Below, piece after piece: positions 29,233-38,529 of a DNA stretch of 64,000 bases. The notes beneath the pieces are model-generated. The model was not told the DNA's origin, did no database searches, and saw nothing but the letters and a program-made list of their open reading frames with translations. Where the stretch lies: the sequence record NC_054921.1; one strand, 5' to 3'. The position numbers were made by a program, and so were the translations under genes. The first letter of the stretch is position 1. Each line of letters opens with the position of its first letter. Source of the DNA: Escherichia phage vB_EcoM_IME537.

Positions 29233-29499
29233 TTAATCCTTTTTATTGGCACGAATTTGTTCTAAAATTTTAGAATATTCCTTTGTATCAGATTTACGTA
29301 CAATTGATACACTATAAGGCATACTATCGGTGTCTTTTATAAAGCGTTCCAAATGACACTCTAACAAAATTTCTGGATTATAAATCGTGTACATCAAATT
29401 ACCTGTTGCTCCACGATATTGGCAGATTTCTACTGATTGAACACCATTCCATAATTTTGTTAAAACTAAATCACCTACTTCTAATTTAGGAAAGCCCAT
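29233..29499 (-). CDS. hypothetical protein
   Basis: 88 aa from ATG 29499. Confidence 0.4.
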   Translation of the reverse strand: MGFPKLEVGDLVLTKLWNGVQSVEICQYRGATGNLMYTIYNPEILLECHLERFIKDTDSMPYSVSIVRKSDTKEYSKILEQIRANKKD

Positions 29500-29500
29500 G

Positions 29501-29686
29501 TTATTCACCAATTAAAGTTTCAATATAAGAATCAAGATTTACTTTAGCTTCTTCCATAAGAGTTTTGTATTTAATCTTGTTAGCATGTCCGGAGAAAGCT
29601 GATTCATCAATAATTGTTGATGTATGAACAGCTTTACTATACGTCTCAATTAATTCTCTTAATTTAAAAGCCTGCTCACTTGTCAT
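29501..29686 (-). CDS. small hypothetical protein
   Basis: 61-aa ORF, ATG start. Confidence 0.4.
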   Translation of the reverse strand: MTSEQAFKLRELIETYSKAVHTSTIIDESAFSGHANKIKYKTLMEEAKVNLDSYIETLIGE

Positions 29687-29818
29687 TACATACTCCTTTG
29701 AATAATATCAATAATGTTATTCACCAGATTATAAGTAAACATTGGGTAATTATATTGAATCATCACATACACAACAAACAAAACTTTCATTCTCTTCTCC
29801 TTGGCAGTTGACAAGATT

Positions 29819-29848
29819 ACTATACCATAACCTTGCCAACTTGTAAAC
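29819..29848 (-). promoter_or_regulatory. sigma70-type early promoter (-35 GTTTACA, -10 TATAGT)
   Basis: GTTTACAAGTTGGCAAGGTTATGGTATAGT on the transcript strand. Confidence 0.45.
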
Positions 29849-29850
29849 CA

Positions 29851-30024
29851 TTAAATGACGTTTTCAATAAAATTCTGAAGCTTTGTATGAGCATCAACCA
29901 TGATTTTCATTTCTTCTTTGGCGAAAGCTGTACCTCTTTCCCGAGCAGAACACTCATAGTCAGAAACTGCATTAGCATATTCTTCAATTAGTTTCATTAA
30001 AAACATCTGCTTTTCAGTTTTCAT
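29851..30024 (-). CDS. small hypothetical protein
   Basis: 57-aa ORF MKTEKQMFLMKLIEEY...; below the track cutoff. Confidence 0.3.
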   Translation of the reverse strand: MKTEKQMFLMKLIEEYANAVSDYECSARERGTAFAKEEMKIMVDAHTKLQNFIENVI

Positions 30025-30208
30025 TATTCCACCTAATCATTTCAAGATATTGAACTAACTTAGCTTTGGATTTATCCAAATCCTTTTTAGCTGCTTCTAT
30101 ACCGTCGTATGAATATCCTTCACAATGCTCAACTGCCAATTGATATGAATCTATTTCAATATCACGTGCTAATTTAATGATTTTTTCAAACTGTTCGCGT
30201 GTTAGCAT
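30014..30208 (-). CDS. small hypothetical protein
   Basis: 64-aa ORF. Confidence 0.4.
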   Translation of the reverse strand: MLTREQFEKIIKLARDIEIDSYQLAVEHCEGYSYDGIEAAKKDLDKSKAKLVQYLEMIRWNNEN

Positions 30209-30210
30209 AA

Positions 30211-30393
30211 TTAAACTCTCGTATTATGATCGATAATTTCATCAAGAAACATATCTAACGCTTCTACAGCATTATCAACTTTAGCTTCAAGTTCTTCAAT
30301 ACCTGATAAGGCAAAGTTAATGCGTTCCTCATCTGCTTTACGAATTGAAGCCACTAATTCCTTGATTTTATCCGCTTGTTCGATACTAATCAT
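30211..30393 (-). CDS. small acidic hypothetical protein
   Basis: 60 aa from ATG 30393 (track start is GTG). Confidence 0.4.
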   Translation of the reverse strand: MISIEQADKIKELVASIRKADEERINFALSGIEELEAKVDNAVEALDMFLDEIIDHNTRV

Positions 30394-30581
30394 TATTCCA
30401 CCACATATGAAAGAGAGAATATTGCACACGCCATGTGAGTTGCAACTTCATCACACATATTATAACGTTTCTTAAGAAGTTCTACAAGTTCTTCACTAGT
30501 AACTTCATCCATGTCGACGAAAAAATCACCATTAATGATGACGTAGATATTTCCTTCTTGATTGAGTGCTTCAATTTTCAT
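30393..30581 (-). CDS. small acidic hypothetical protein
   Basis: 62 aa from ATG 30581 with SD AGAGGAGAA; promoter upstream. Confidence 0.45.
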
Positions 30582-30609
30582 GATGTTCTCCTCTTTATCC
30601 GATGGTTGT

Positions 30610-30639
30610 ATAGTATCACAGCTCAAATGGAAAGTAAAC
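30610..30639 (-). promoter_or_regulatory. sigma70-type early promoter (-35 GTTTACT, -10 TACTAT)
   Basis: GTTTACTTTCCATTTGAGCTGTGATACTAT. Confidence 0.5.
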
Positions 30640-30676
30640 CGGTAAAATGAAAAAAGTCTCCCGAAGGAGACTAATG

Positions 30677-31063
30677 TTATTCGAGGGAAAGAAGATACTT
30701 ACTCTGGTAAAACATTCCAGTAATATCATCTATCGTGCTTTGAATGGCTGGAGGCATTTCTTTATAAATGCTGTTAGATTGGTCTAGTATACGATCAATC
30801 ATTTTAATTGTGTCGGTAGGAAGTTTACTGGCATCCGGAATTGACGGCGTGTATTTTCTACCAGAATACCCCAAATATTGCTCACCAAATTTATCAATCA
30901 AATCTGGCAACTCGGAGAAAATAAAATCGTATGCTTTGTGTCTAGCATAATTTTTAGTTTCAAAATGCGCAGAATGAAAATAAGCTTGTGCAGCCATTAA
31001 TAAACCTAAGTATTCATCTGCCTTTGAAGGTTTTCCACTTTGTGAAAAGTCGCTGAATTTCAT
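30677..31063 (-). CDS. rI.-1: hypothetical protein (T4 rI.-1 position)
   Basis: 128-aa ORF; synteny only. Confidence 0.45.
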
Positions 31064-31353
31064 TCAGTCTCCAATTTAATGTTCATAATTCTAGCGTATG
31101 ATTGTGCCATCTCCGCGCCTCGCTCTATACATTCAAAATCGGAAGAGCACGGGTCATTTTTATAAGTCGTTCGCATAAAACTATAGAACTGTTCAGATGA
31201 TTCTACGCTTTTGTTTTCAAAAAGCATATAAACGTGTCTAATACCAGATTCCATAAATTTATCAAAATGAGGATCGGCATTCGCTTCAATCGGTGGAGAT
31301 AAAGCAAACGCTAATCCTAGCATGGCAAATAGTGCCGTTGCTTTTAAGGCCAT
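31060..31353 (-). CDS. rI: lysis inhibition regulator rI (periplasmic antiholin)
   Basis: 97 aa; N-terminal signal anchor; matches remembered T4 rI. Confidence 0.85.
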   Translation of the reverse strand: MALKATALFAMLGLAFALSPPIEANADPHFDKFMESGIRHVYMLFENKSVESSEQFYSFMRTTYKNDPCSSDFECIERGAEMAQSYARIMNIKLETE

Positions 31354-31365
31354 AAAGGCCTCCTA

Positions 31366-31578
31366 TCATTTTTGTCCTGTATTTACTTTATGCCGATGCA
31401 CGGCCTTAACTTTATCAAGGTATTTTTCAAAATTTCGCAATCTAGTATAGTCTGCCGGAGATTGGTTGAGTGATACTTCTCGACGCAAAGCTGAAATGAT
31501 ATTTCCAACTTCCCTACGAATTTCATCTAATTGAAGAACAGTAAGATTGCGAAGTTGCTTTTCAGTTAATTGTAGCAT
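31366..31578 (-). CDS. rI.1: hypothetical protein (T4 rI.1 position)
   Basis: 70-aa ORF; synteny only. Confidence 0.45.
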
Positions 31579-31620
31579 ATATACCCCTTTAGTTAGATAA
31601 ACCTATTTATAACTTTTGCA

Positions 31621-32202
31621 CTAACCGAGCTTTTTAGTTAATTCATTCCAATGTTTTCTACACAAAGAAACATAAATTTCATCACCAATACAGATTTGAT
31701 TACCTTCTTTAACGGGTGTTCCATCTTCCATTAATCGAGCTGTCATAATAGCTTTTTTACCACAATGACAAACTGCCTTTAGTTCAATAAGTTTATCTGC
31801 AATCGCCAAAAGTTCTTTAGAACCTTCAAATAATTTTCCGGCGAAATCAGTCCTTAGACCATAGGCCATAACAGGAACATTATATGTATCAACAATTCGG
31901 CTCAATTGATGCACCTGTTCAGTTTTTAAAAACTGGGCTTCATCTACAAATACGCAATGAATATCTTTTTGTGCTTCAGCCCATTTATAGAACTCGAAAA
32001 TATCCATATCATCTGTAATAATATTTGCTTCCTGCTTAATTCCAATGCGAGAAACGACTTCACAGACAGAATCGCGAGTATCAATAGCAGGCTTAAGAAC
32101 TAATACACTCATTCCGCGCTCTTTATAATTATGCGCAGCAGTCAAAAGAGAAGCAGATTTTCCAGCATTCATTGCTGCATAAGTAAAAATTAAACTCGCC
32201 AT
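31621..32202 (-). CDS. tk: thymidine kinase
   Basis: 193 aa; P-loop AAMNAGKS; C-terminal zinc-ribbon cysteines. Confidence 0.9.
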   Translation of the reverse strand: MASLIFTYAAMNAGKSASLLTAAHNYKERGMSVLVLKPAIDTRDSVCEVVSRIGIKQEANIITDDMDIFEFYKWAEAQKDIHCVFVDEAQFLKTEQVHQLSRIVDTYNVPVMAYGLRTDFAGKLFEGSKELLAIADKLIELKAVCHCGKKAIMTARLMEDGTPVKEGNQICIGDEIYVSLCRKHWNELTKKLG

Positions 32203-32211
32203 ATCACCTTC

Positions 32212-32397
32212 TTAAAGCGTATTCACATAAGCTATTAATTCGTTTTCTTTCTTATCAAACCGATCAGCAAATTCTTCTTGCTGTTCGGGAGATAGCGGGC
32301 CGTATTCATCATAAAAGGTGTTTGCTTCTGTATGCTCATCTAGAAGTTCATGGATAAGCTCAAACAATTTATCTTTTTGTTCTTTACTCAGACTCAT
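32212..32397 (-). CDS. small highly acidic protein
   Basis: 61 aa, strongly D/E-rich. Confidence 0.45.
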   Translation of the reverse strand: MSLSKEQKDKLFELIHELLDEHTEANTFYDEYGPLSPEQQEEFADRFDKKENELIAYVNTL

Positions 32398-32563
32398 ATA
32401 TTAATTTCCAGGAGTTTTAAAATAATTCGCTTTTGCTTAAATATTTCCATAGTTAAATGACCAGTATCTTTTTGACCGATTCCAATGGCAAAACCTTTAT
32501 TGACAGCGAGTTCAATTAAATTATCAAGCTCACGTAACACTTCATACTGTAACTCAGAACTAT

Positions 32564-32776
32564 TCATTTCGGTTTACCTTCTTTAACGAAATCTGGATAA
32601 GGATAAAATCCCGAATAAAATCCTTCACCTTTATGATTGATGCATCCTTTATTAGAACAATAGCACCAATAATCGAAATCACAAGCCATTTCATCGTTGC
32701 ATAAAGCAAAAACAACTGGCCATTTACACTTTTCACAATGGGCATTTTTAAGAATACTAGTTTGGCTCATAACCAT
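32564..32776 (-). CDS. small cysteine-rich (zinc-binding?) protein
   Basis: 70 aa; CEKC...CNDEMAC...CYC...C. Confidence 0.4.
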   Translation of the reverse strand: MVMSQTSILKNAHCEKCKWPVVFALCNDEMACDFDYWCYCSNKGCINHKGEGFYSGFYPYPDFVKEGKPK

Positions 32777-32994
32777 GTAACCTTTAAGCAGTATTCTTCT
32801 ACATGCTGTTTACGACCTTTCTTATCAATAAAGGTATATTCAACGAATGTTCCAATGTAGTCTTTATCTACGTCATGTGGACTATTAATTGGGCATTTAG
32901 TACGGCAAATGCGTTCCCATTGACGAATAATTACTGCCTTATTCTTTGGGTCATATGGATGTGGATAATGTATATTCATAATAATGGTTCCCAA
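32767..32994 (-). CDS. hypothetical protein
   Basis: 75-aa ORF. Confidence 0.4.
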   Translation of the reverse strand: MGTIIMNIHYPHPYDPKNKAVIIRQWERICRTKCPINSPHDVDKDYIGTFVEYTFIDKKGRKQHVEEYCLKVTWL

Positions 32995-33443
32995 TCAACA
33001 ATCACAATTTCTAATTTAGAGGAATATGTATCTAAAATCCCCTCAATAATATCCCAGTTCCCTTTACCTATGCCTGCACCAATCCTAGGCATATAGATTG
33101 TAGGTTTAATCAGTTTATTTTCACCAAACTCATTTAATTCTAACATACAATTCATTAAAGCGGAATACTCAAAATTTGGCCCTGGTTGAAATTGAGTATA
33201 AAGGTTGAAGCAATACGCTTTATGAGTCCTAAAGTATTTTTCATAGACTGAGTAAGAACCAAGTTTAGTTACATCACCCCATTCAGTCTGTAATTTATCA
33301 GCTTCCAAAATTTTAGGGAAAGCTTTGGTTAATTGACCCGCTACGCCTGAACCCATAGTATGAAAACAATTGCATCCATGCGCAATATTTTTACCTTCAG
33401 CGAAAAGGGCGACAATATCGCCCTTGATATATTTTACAATCAT
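32976..33443 (-). CDS. macro-domain-like protein (ADP-ribose binding or processing)
   Basis: 155 aa; HGCNCFHTMGSGVAGQL resembles the macro-domain N-x(6)-GGGV loop. Confidence 0.5.
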   Translation of the reverse strand: MIVKYIKGDIVALFAEGKNIAHGCNCFHTMGSGVAGQLTKAFPKILEADKLQTEWGDVTKLGSYSVYEKYFRTHKAYCFNLYTQFQPGPNFEYSALMNCMLELNEFGENKLIKPTIYMPRIGAGIGKGNWDIIEGILDTYSSKLEIVIVDWEPLL

Positions 33444-33787
33444 CTAGTACTCAATCCTCGATTATAAGAATCTACCAAACGGTCAACCATTGAATGACAA
33501 GCGGCTTTATCTTTCTCCTCCGCAACTGAACATTCTAAGGTATTCCACTTTTTAGCATATCGTTTTAATAATGTATCGTTTTTGTATCTGCTTGATTTAT
33601 CTCTTTCTCCGTCTTTATATGCATATATTAATTTCTGCGCAAATTCAGCTTGGCATGCTTTATTTTTCCCACAATAATCTGCCGCAGTGCGATTTACATA
33701 CTCTCTAATTTCAGTATATGATGTATTTGCTAACGCAGAAGCAGAAAATGAAATTAATCCTATACATAAAACCAAAATTTTAGTCAT
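33440..33787 (-). CDS. vs: valyl-tRNA synthetase modifier Vs
   Basis: 115 aa with signal peptide; T4 synteny. Confidence 0.75.
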   Translation of the reverse strand: MTKILVLCIGLISFSASALANTSYTEIREYVNRTAADYCGKNKACQAEFAQKLIYAYKDGERDKSSRYKNDTLLKRYAKKWNTLECSVAEEKDKAACHSMVDRLVDSYNRGLSTR

Positions 33788-34325
33788 TTACTATTTCCAA
33801 AAGTTTATTATTTTTAAGGTAATTAGCCTTTTCTAGGACTTCAGAAGCATATTTAGAACCTGCTTTAACATTCCATCCCGAATTATAAGAGGATATTGCC
33901 TTTCTTATATCGCCCTTATGTATATTTAACCAATAAGAAAGTTCAATGTACGCCCAGGAAGCTGAATTGGACCGTTTATTCAACATTCTTTTTATTTCAG
34001 CATCGGTCATATTATAACCAAGTTCCTTAACTCTCGCTCGCATAGTAGGCAAATAATTTTGGAACATTCCATAAGCGTGATGCTTTGGTTTAGATTTTAA
34101 ATTAACTCCGGCAGAGCTTTCTTGCCATAAAATAGCAGCCATTATATGACCTAATCCACCCTTGTGGATATTTTTATGTGTTTTATATTTTCCATCCTTA
34201 GAAAATTGTTCCCCGAATTGATACGCGTAACGCATGTTATCGAGTTGGACATTACTGAAAGTATGCTCGGAGCTATGTGCCATCATTGAAATGGCCAATA
34301 GACCAGCGAGTAGTGCTTTTCTCAT
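33780..34325 (-). CDS. vs.1: secreted lytic-transglycosylase-like protein
   Basis: 181 aa; signal peptide; SLT-like motif region. Confidence 0.6.
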   Translation of the reverse strand: MRKALLAGLLAISMMAHSSEHTFSNVQLDNMRYAYQFGEQFSKDGKYKTHKNIHKGGLGHIMAAILWQESSAGVNLKSKPKHHAYGMFQNYLPTMRARVKELGYNMTDAEIKRMLNKRSNSASWAYIELSYWLNIHKGDIRKAISSYNSGWNVKAGSKYASEVLEKANYLKNNKLLEIVND

Positions 34326-34332
34326 GCTTACC

Positions 34333-34794
34333 TCATTGAGTTTTAATTACTGCTTTAGAAGCCTTTCCTGGTAAACGACGACTGTTGATAATTGCCATCC
34401 TACATTGAAGTGACGGGTCTTTGAACTTCGCGTTAGGTTTACAAACTGTAAATCCAAGCCAAAGATTTCCATCTGTGATTTCTAAACGTCCAGGACGATA
34501 TTCAACCCCATCAATAAAATCCTCGTCAATGTCAGGACGCGGAGGCATACTCAGGAATTCATTAACTTCTAAAACATGGTCTTTTATTTTGTGGAATAAT
34601 TCAAAAACATATGTCTCATCAATCTCCCGTTGAATTGCACGGTCAAGAAGATGCTGAGAATATTTTAGATGAAACGATGAGACCCCTGCTGCTTTTGATG
34701 CCTCACGAATCTCATTGTTAATTTGACGAAACTCCGACTCAAAGTGACGACGAAGCTTATTTCGACGGATAAAAACTTCTGTATTGATAGTCAT
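34333..34794 (-). CDS. regB: site-specific RNA endonuclease RegB
   Basis: 153 aa; matches remembered T4 RegB. Confidence 0.9.
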   Translation of the reverse strand: MTINTEVFIRRNKLRRHFESEFRQINNEIREASKAAGVSSFHLKYSQHLLDRAIQREIDETYVFELFHKIKDHVLEVNEFLSMPPRPDIDEDFIDGVEYRPGRLEITDGNLWLGFTVCKPNAKFKDPSLQCRMAIINSRRLPGKASKAVIKTQ

Positions 34795-34853
34795 ATTATT
34801 CTCCTCTTAACTGATAGAAAAATTATACCACAGTCAAGAGGAAAAGTAAACAG

Positions 34854-35132
34854 TTATTCTTTAAATCTAATCAATTTATTCATAGACTTTGAAACTTCTG
34901 CACGAACCTCATGTAGATTTTTGAGCTGTTCAAGACGCTGCTCATAGTAAGCAATTTCATCTTCTTCGAGACAGTCCTGTGAATCTTCTTTAAGATAACG
35001 TGCATAGTCCTGGAAAGCGTTACGAACTACTTCCTGGAAGTCATCAAGACTTTGAATTTTCTTAGGAGCAACAGATACACGACGAGGGGCAGTATAATAC
35101 TCATAACCAAACCCTGCGCTTAATTGGGCCAT
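34854..35132 (-). CDS. vs.3: hypothetical protein (T4 vs.3 position)
   Basis: 92 aa from ATG 35132 with SD GAGGAA. Confidence 0.45.
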   Translation of the reverse strand: MAQLSAGFGYEYYTAPRRVSVAPKKIQSLDDFQEVVRNAFQDYARYLKEDSQDCLEEDEIAYYEQRLEQLKNLHEVRAEVSKSMNKLIRFKE

Positions 35133-35398
35133 TAATATTTTTCCTCTGGTTGGAACACAGCACGGCAAGCCCACATACTGGCTTCTTTGAGCTTCGTTTT
35201 AGCAATAGTTAACTGATCGATGCTTTCAGCATAATTCTTCGCGAATTCATAGTCTTCGCAATTATTTAGCACTTCCCAGAATTCGTCATATAAAGCATCA
35301 AAGATAAGTCCTAAACGAACTTCAGCGTCTTTAATAGCATTTACTTTACCGATTTTCTCTTCAGTGTGCGGCTTATAACCTTTAATATCTTCAATCAT
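35132..35398 (-). CDS. vs.4: hypothetical protein at the T4 vs.4 position; candidate Acb2-type cyclic-oligonucleotide sponge
   Basis: 88 aa from ATG 35398 with SD GAGGA; assignment by gene order from regB only. Confidence 0.45.
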   Translation of the reverse strand: MIEDIKGYKPHTEEKIGKVNAIKDAEVRLGLIFDALYDEFWEVLNNCEDYEFAKNYAESIDQLTIAKTKLKEASMWACRAVFQPEEKY

Positions 35399-35612
35399 AT
35401 TTGACTTCCTCACCAGTACATAAATCGTATTCAACTAAACGAATAGGTTCATGAATTCCATATCCTTGAACAGAAATTTCTGTCGTAGGATAAATTCCAT
35501 CAATATCGCCCATATTCCACGCTTCATTAAATTGCTGTTCGCCTGAATTACTAAACCACTCGGCGAAAGCATTTAGCACATCTTCAGAACCTTCAATAAT
35601 TATCTTTGCCAT
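35391..35612 (-). CDS. vs.5: hypothetical protein (T4 vs.5 position)
   Basis: 73-aa ORF. Confidence 0.4.
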   Translation of the reverse strand: MAKIIIEGSEDVLNAFAEWFSNSGEQQFNEAWNMGDIDGIYPTTEISVQGYGIHEPIRLVEYDLCTGEEVKYD

Positions 35613-35974
35613 TACAAACTCTCAGTAAAGGTACGAGCAATAACGTCGCGTTGCTGTTCCGGAGTCAGAGAGTTAAAGCGAACTGCGTATCCGGATACAC
35701 GGATGGTCAGCTGCGGATATTTTTCCGGATGCTTAACTGCATCTTCCAGAGTTTCACGACGCAGAACGTTTACGTTCAGGTGTTGACCACCCTCAATTTT
35801 AACTGTAGGCTGTGTTTCAATTTCAATTTCACGGGCATGCAAACCATAGAAAATTTCTGGGTCTACAAAAGAGTCCTCTTTAAAGGTTTTAGAGACAATA
35901 ATTCGTGCTTGAATACCATCTTCAAAATAAATAGTACCTTTATGTGTGCCTTCAAGAATTTGATATGCTTTCAT
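35612..35974 (-). CDS. vs.6: autonomous glycyl-radical cofactor (GrcA/YfiD-like)
   Basis: 120 aa; C-terminal glycyl-radical motif RVSGYAVRF. Confidence 0.75.
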   Translation of the reverse strand: MKAYQILEGTHKGTIYFEDGIQARIIVSKTFKEDSFVDPEIFYGLHAREIEIETQPTVKIEGGQHLNVNVLRRETLEDAVKHPEKYPQLTIRVSGYAVRFNSLTPEQQRDVIARTFTESL

Positions 35975-35981
35975 ATAAACC

Positions 35982-36311
35982 TCAATTAGAAAATAAATTT
36001 ATCCAAGATTGTTCTTTAATTAAAAATGGCTCAGAATCATATGCCATTAAACTCTGTGTGATTAGTCCTTTAAAAGGCCCATCAATAAATTCCATGGTAA
36101 AGTATGGAATTTTATTCATTAATCTCGCATTAGGAGCAGTACATAAAACTCTGCATCCTTTGAATACGCCTTTTTGCAATTTGTATTGCTTAGGATAAAA
36201 TTCGCTTAAAATGTTATTTTTTGCCAAAATTTCAAAATGATTCACCAATTTATTTTTAATAGTTTTTGGTGAAAAATAAAGATATTCGAAAAGCTGAGTG
36301 TCTGTCATCAT
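35982..36311 (-). CDS. vs.7: hypothetical protein (T4 vs.7 position)
   Basis: 109 aa from ATG 36311, overlapping the upstream stop. Confidence 0.4.
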   Translation of the reverse strand: MMTDTQLFEYLYFSPKTIKNKLVNHFEILAKNNILSEFYPKQYKLQKGVFKGCRVLCTAPNARLMNKIPYFTMEFIDGPFKGLITQSLMAYDSEPFLIKEQSWINLFSN

Positions 36312-36850
36312 TGCATTCCGATTACGAAAAACTGTGGACGAGTAATACCACCAATGCAGCATTTACTATTGCAGCAGTGTTGCACAGTTTCAATATGAAT
36401 ATCGTAAATTTTATCCATATCAGGAGATTTAACAGGCTCATCGATTATATACAAAATTCGAGAAAGCGATAAACCTCTGAACTTGCTACCTCTATTACCA
36501 ACAAAACTACGGACAGAATCAGTAAATAAACGGAATCGAATATCATCGCTAGAATAACGAGAAAATTCTTTTTTAATGCGGCCCGCAGAAATTTTAGCGT
36601 AAGCTGAAGTATTAGAAAGAACAATAACTGTTCCACCATCATACAACCAATTAGCGGCAAAATTAGTTACTGCAGTTGATTTACCAGATTGTCTGCCACC
36701 ATCTAAACGAAGTGTACAATATTCTTTAAATAAATGCGACGAATCAGGTACATAAAATCCACTATTACAAATTTCTTCTACTCTAGCATCAGAATGGTGT
36801 GTAAAAGCATTCATCAGGGATAGATAAGGACCAGTTAAAAATGTTCTCAT
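36308..36850 (-). CDS. vs.8: small P-loop NTPase
   Basis: Walker A GGRQSGKST, Walker B ILYIIDEP; start set to ATG 36850. Confidence 0.45.
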   Translation of the reverse strand: MRTFLTGPYLSLMNAFTHHSDARVEEICNSGFYVPDSSHLFKEYCTLRLDGGRQSGKSTAVTNFAANWLYDGGTVIVLSNTSAYAKISAGRIKKEFSRYSSDDIRFRLFTDSVRSFVGNRGSKFRGLSLSRILYIIDEPVKSPDMDKIYDIHIETVQHCCNSKCCIGGITRPQFFVIGMQ

Positions 36851-36991
36851 TTTATTCTCTCTAAATTTGGGCCATTCCATGGCGCATGAATTGTCCATTT
36901 CTGTATTTACCCATTACCGCACTTGGGCTCGACCTTATTACAGGTTGGCGGGAATCCCTCACAGAATCATGAGGTCCAGGTTGTTCCCATG

Positions 36992-37465
36992 TTATTTGAA
37001 CGATTTAACGTACTGAATAGAACCTTTACTATTCACGAAAGCGATTTTACCATTTTTATTATACATGGTAGCAGTACGCTGATAACCATAAGTTTGTTTA
37101 CCAGATTGATAACCAACTAATGCGAAATTATCTTCACCCATTTTATTCTGTTTAGCGCGAATACGTTCATGTCCATGCGCCATAAGAACCTTAGCATCAC
37201 CAGTTGCAATGGATCGACGAGTTTTTTCATCTTCAACTGTATTAACAAAATCATCAAATGAATCAAATTTAGCATGAGATTTATTATACAGTTTTCCATC
37301 TACTGCATAATTATATCCCTGTACATCCATCTCAACTTCTGTACCATCATCTAATACAGCAGTAATTTTCTGTCCTTTTTTAAATTTCAAAAGATCAGTA
37401 AAAGATTCAGCAATAATTTGAGAATTAATAGCTGCTTCAGTAATAAATTCTTGATATGTTTTCAT
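36992..37465 (-). CDS. internal-protein-like gene with N-terminal capsid targeting sequence (ipII/ipIII locus)
   Basis: 157 aa; N-terminus MKTYQEFITEA matches the T4 internal-protein targeting sequence. Confidence 0.65.
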   Translation of the reverse strand: MKTYQEFITEAAINSQIIAESFTDLLKFKKGQKITAVLDDGTEVEMDVQGYNYAVDGKLYNKSHAKFDSFDDFVNTVEDEKTRRSIATGDAKVLMAHGHERIRAKQNKMGEDNFALVGYQSGKQTYGYQRTATMYNKNGKIAFVNSKGSIQYVKSFK

Positions 37466-37508
37466 ATGTTTCCTTTAAATGTAAATATTTTAATTAGTAA
37501 CTGTGAAT

Positions 37509-37538
37509 ATACTATCACAGTTCTAGGAGAAAGTAAAC
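37509..37538 (-). promoter_or_regulatory. sigma70-type early promoter within an inverted repeat, upstream of the internal-protein-like gene
   Basis: GTTTACT-N17-TAGTAT; flanking ACTGTGA / TCACAGT. Confidence 0.5.
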
Positions 37539-37542
37539 AACT

Positions 37543-38073
<531 letters not shown>

Positions 38074-38529
38074 TTAAAAGAGGTTGTTCATTATTCGGTA
38101 AAGTGAAGGACCCATCACATATTGCCACTGAGTACGAGGAATAAGAGCAAAAGCGTCCATCTCTGGAATCATAACGCCATCTTTATTTTCAAAATAAGAC
38201 TCGCAATGGCAATTTCTAAACATCTCATGCTCTACTGGAATCGTATAATAAAATAACTGTAAGTCTTTATTACTAGAATATTTAAATACACCTAGGTCTT
38301 CTAGAAGGTCTGGATTATAATTGCTAAAACCAGTCTCTTCTAAACATTCTCTTCGTGCTGCATCTAGTACGCTTAAATCAGAATTTTCTACGCGGCCCTT
38401 TGGGATATCCCAGCGATGTGCCATCATTCCAGGCTTACGAGAACCAGTAACCCGTCCCATGAATAAATCTTTATCTTCGGTCATAAAGATAATACCAGCT
38501 GATAGTGTTTTCATTTTAATTTCCTGCAT
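38074..38529 (-). CDS. nudE: Nudix hydrolase NudE
   Basis: 151 aa; Nudix box GRVENSDLSVLDAARRECLEETG; an alternative ATG at 38514 has a better SD. Confidence 0.8.
   Translation of the reverse strand: MQEIKMKTLSAGIIFMTEDKDLFMGRVTGSRKPGMMAHRWDIPKGRVENSDLSVLDAARRECLEETGFSNYNPDLLEDLGVFKYSSNKDLQLFYYTIPVEHEMFRNCHCESYFENKDGVMIPEMDAFALIPRTQWQYVMGPSLYRIMNNLF

Noticed and set aside
36445-36660. 71-aa ORF inside the vs.8-position gene
   Set aside because: Nested out of frame within a P-loop protein gene; no independent signals.
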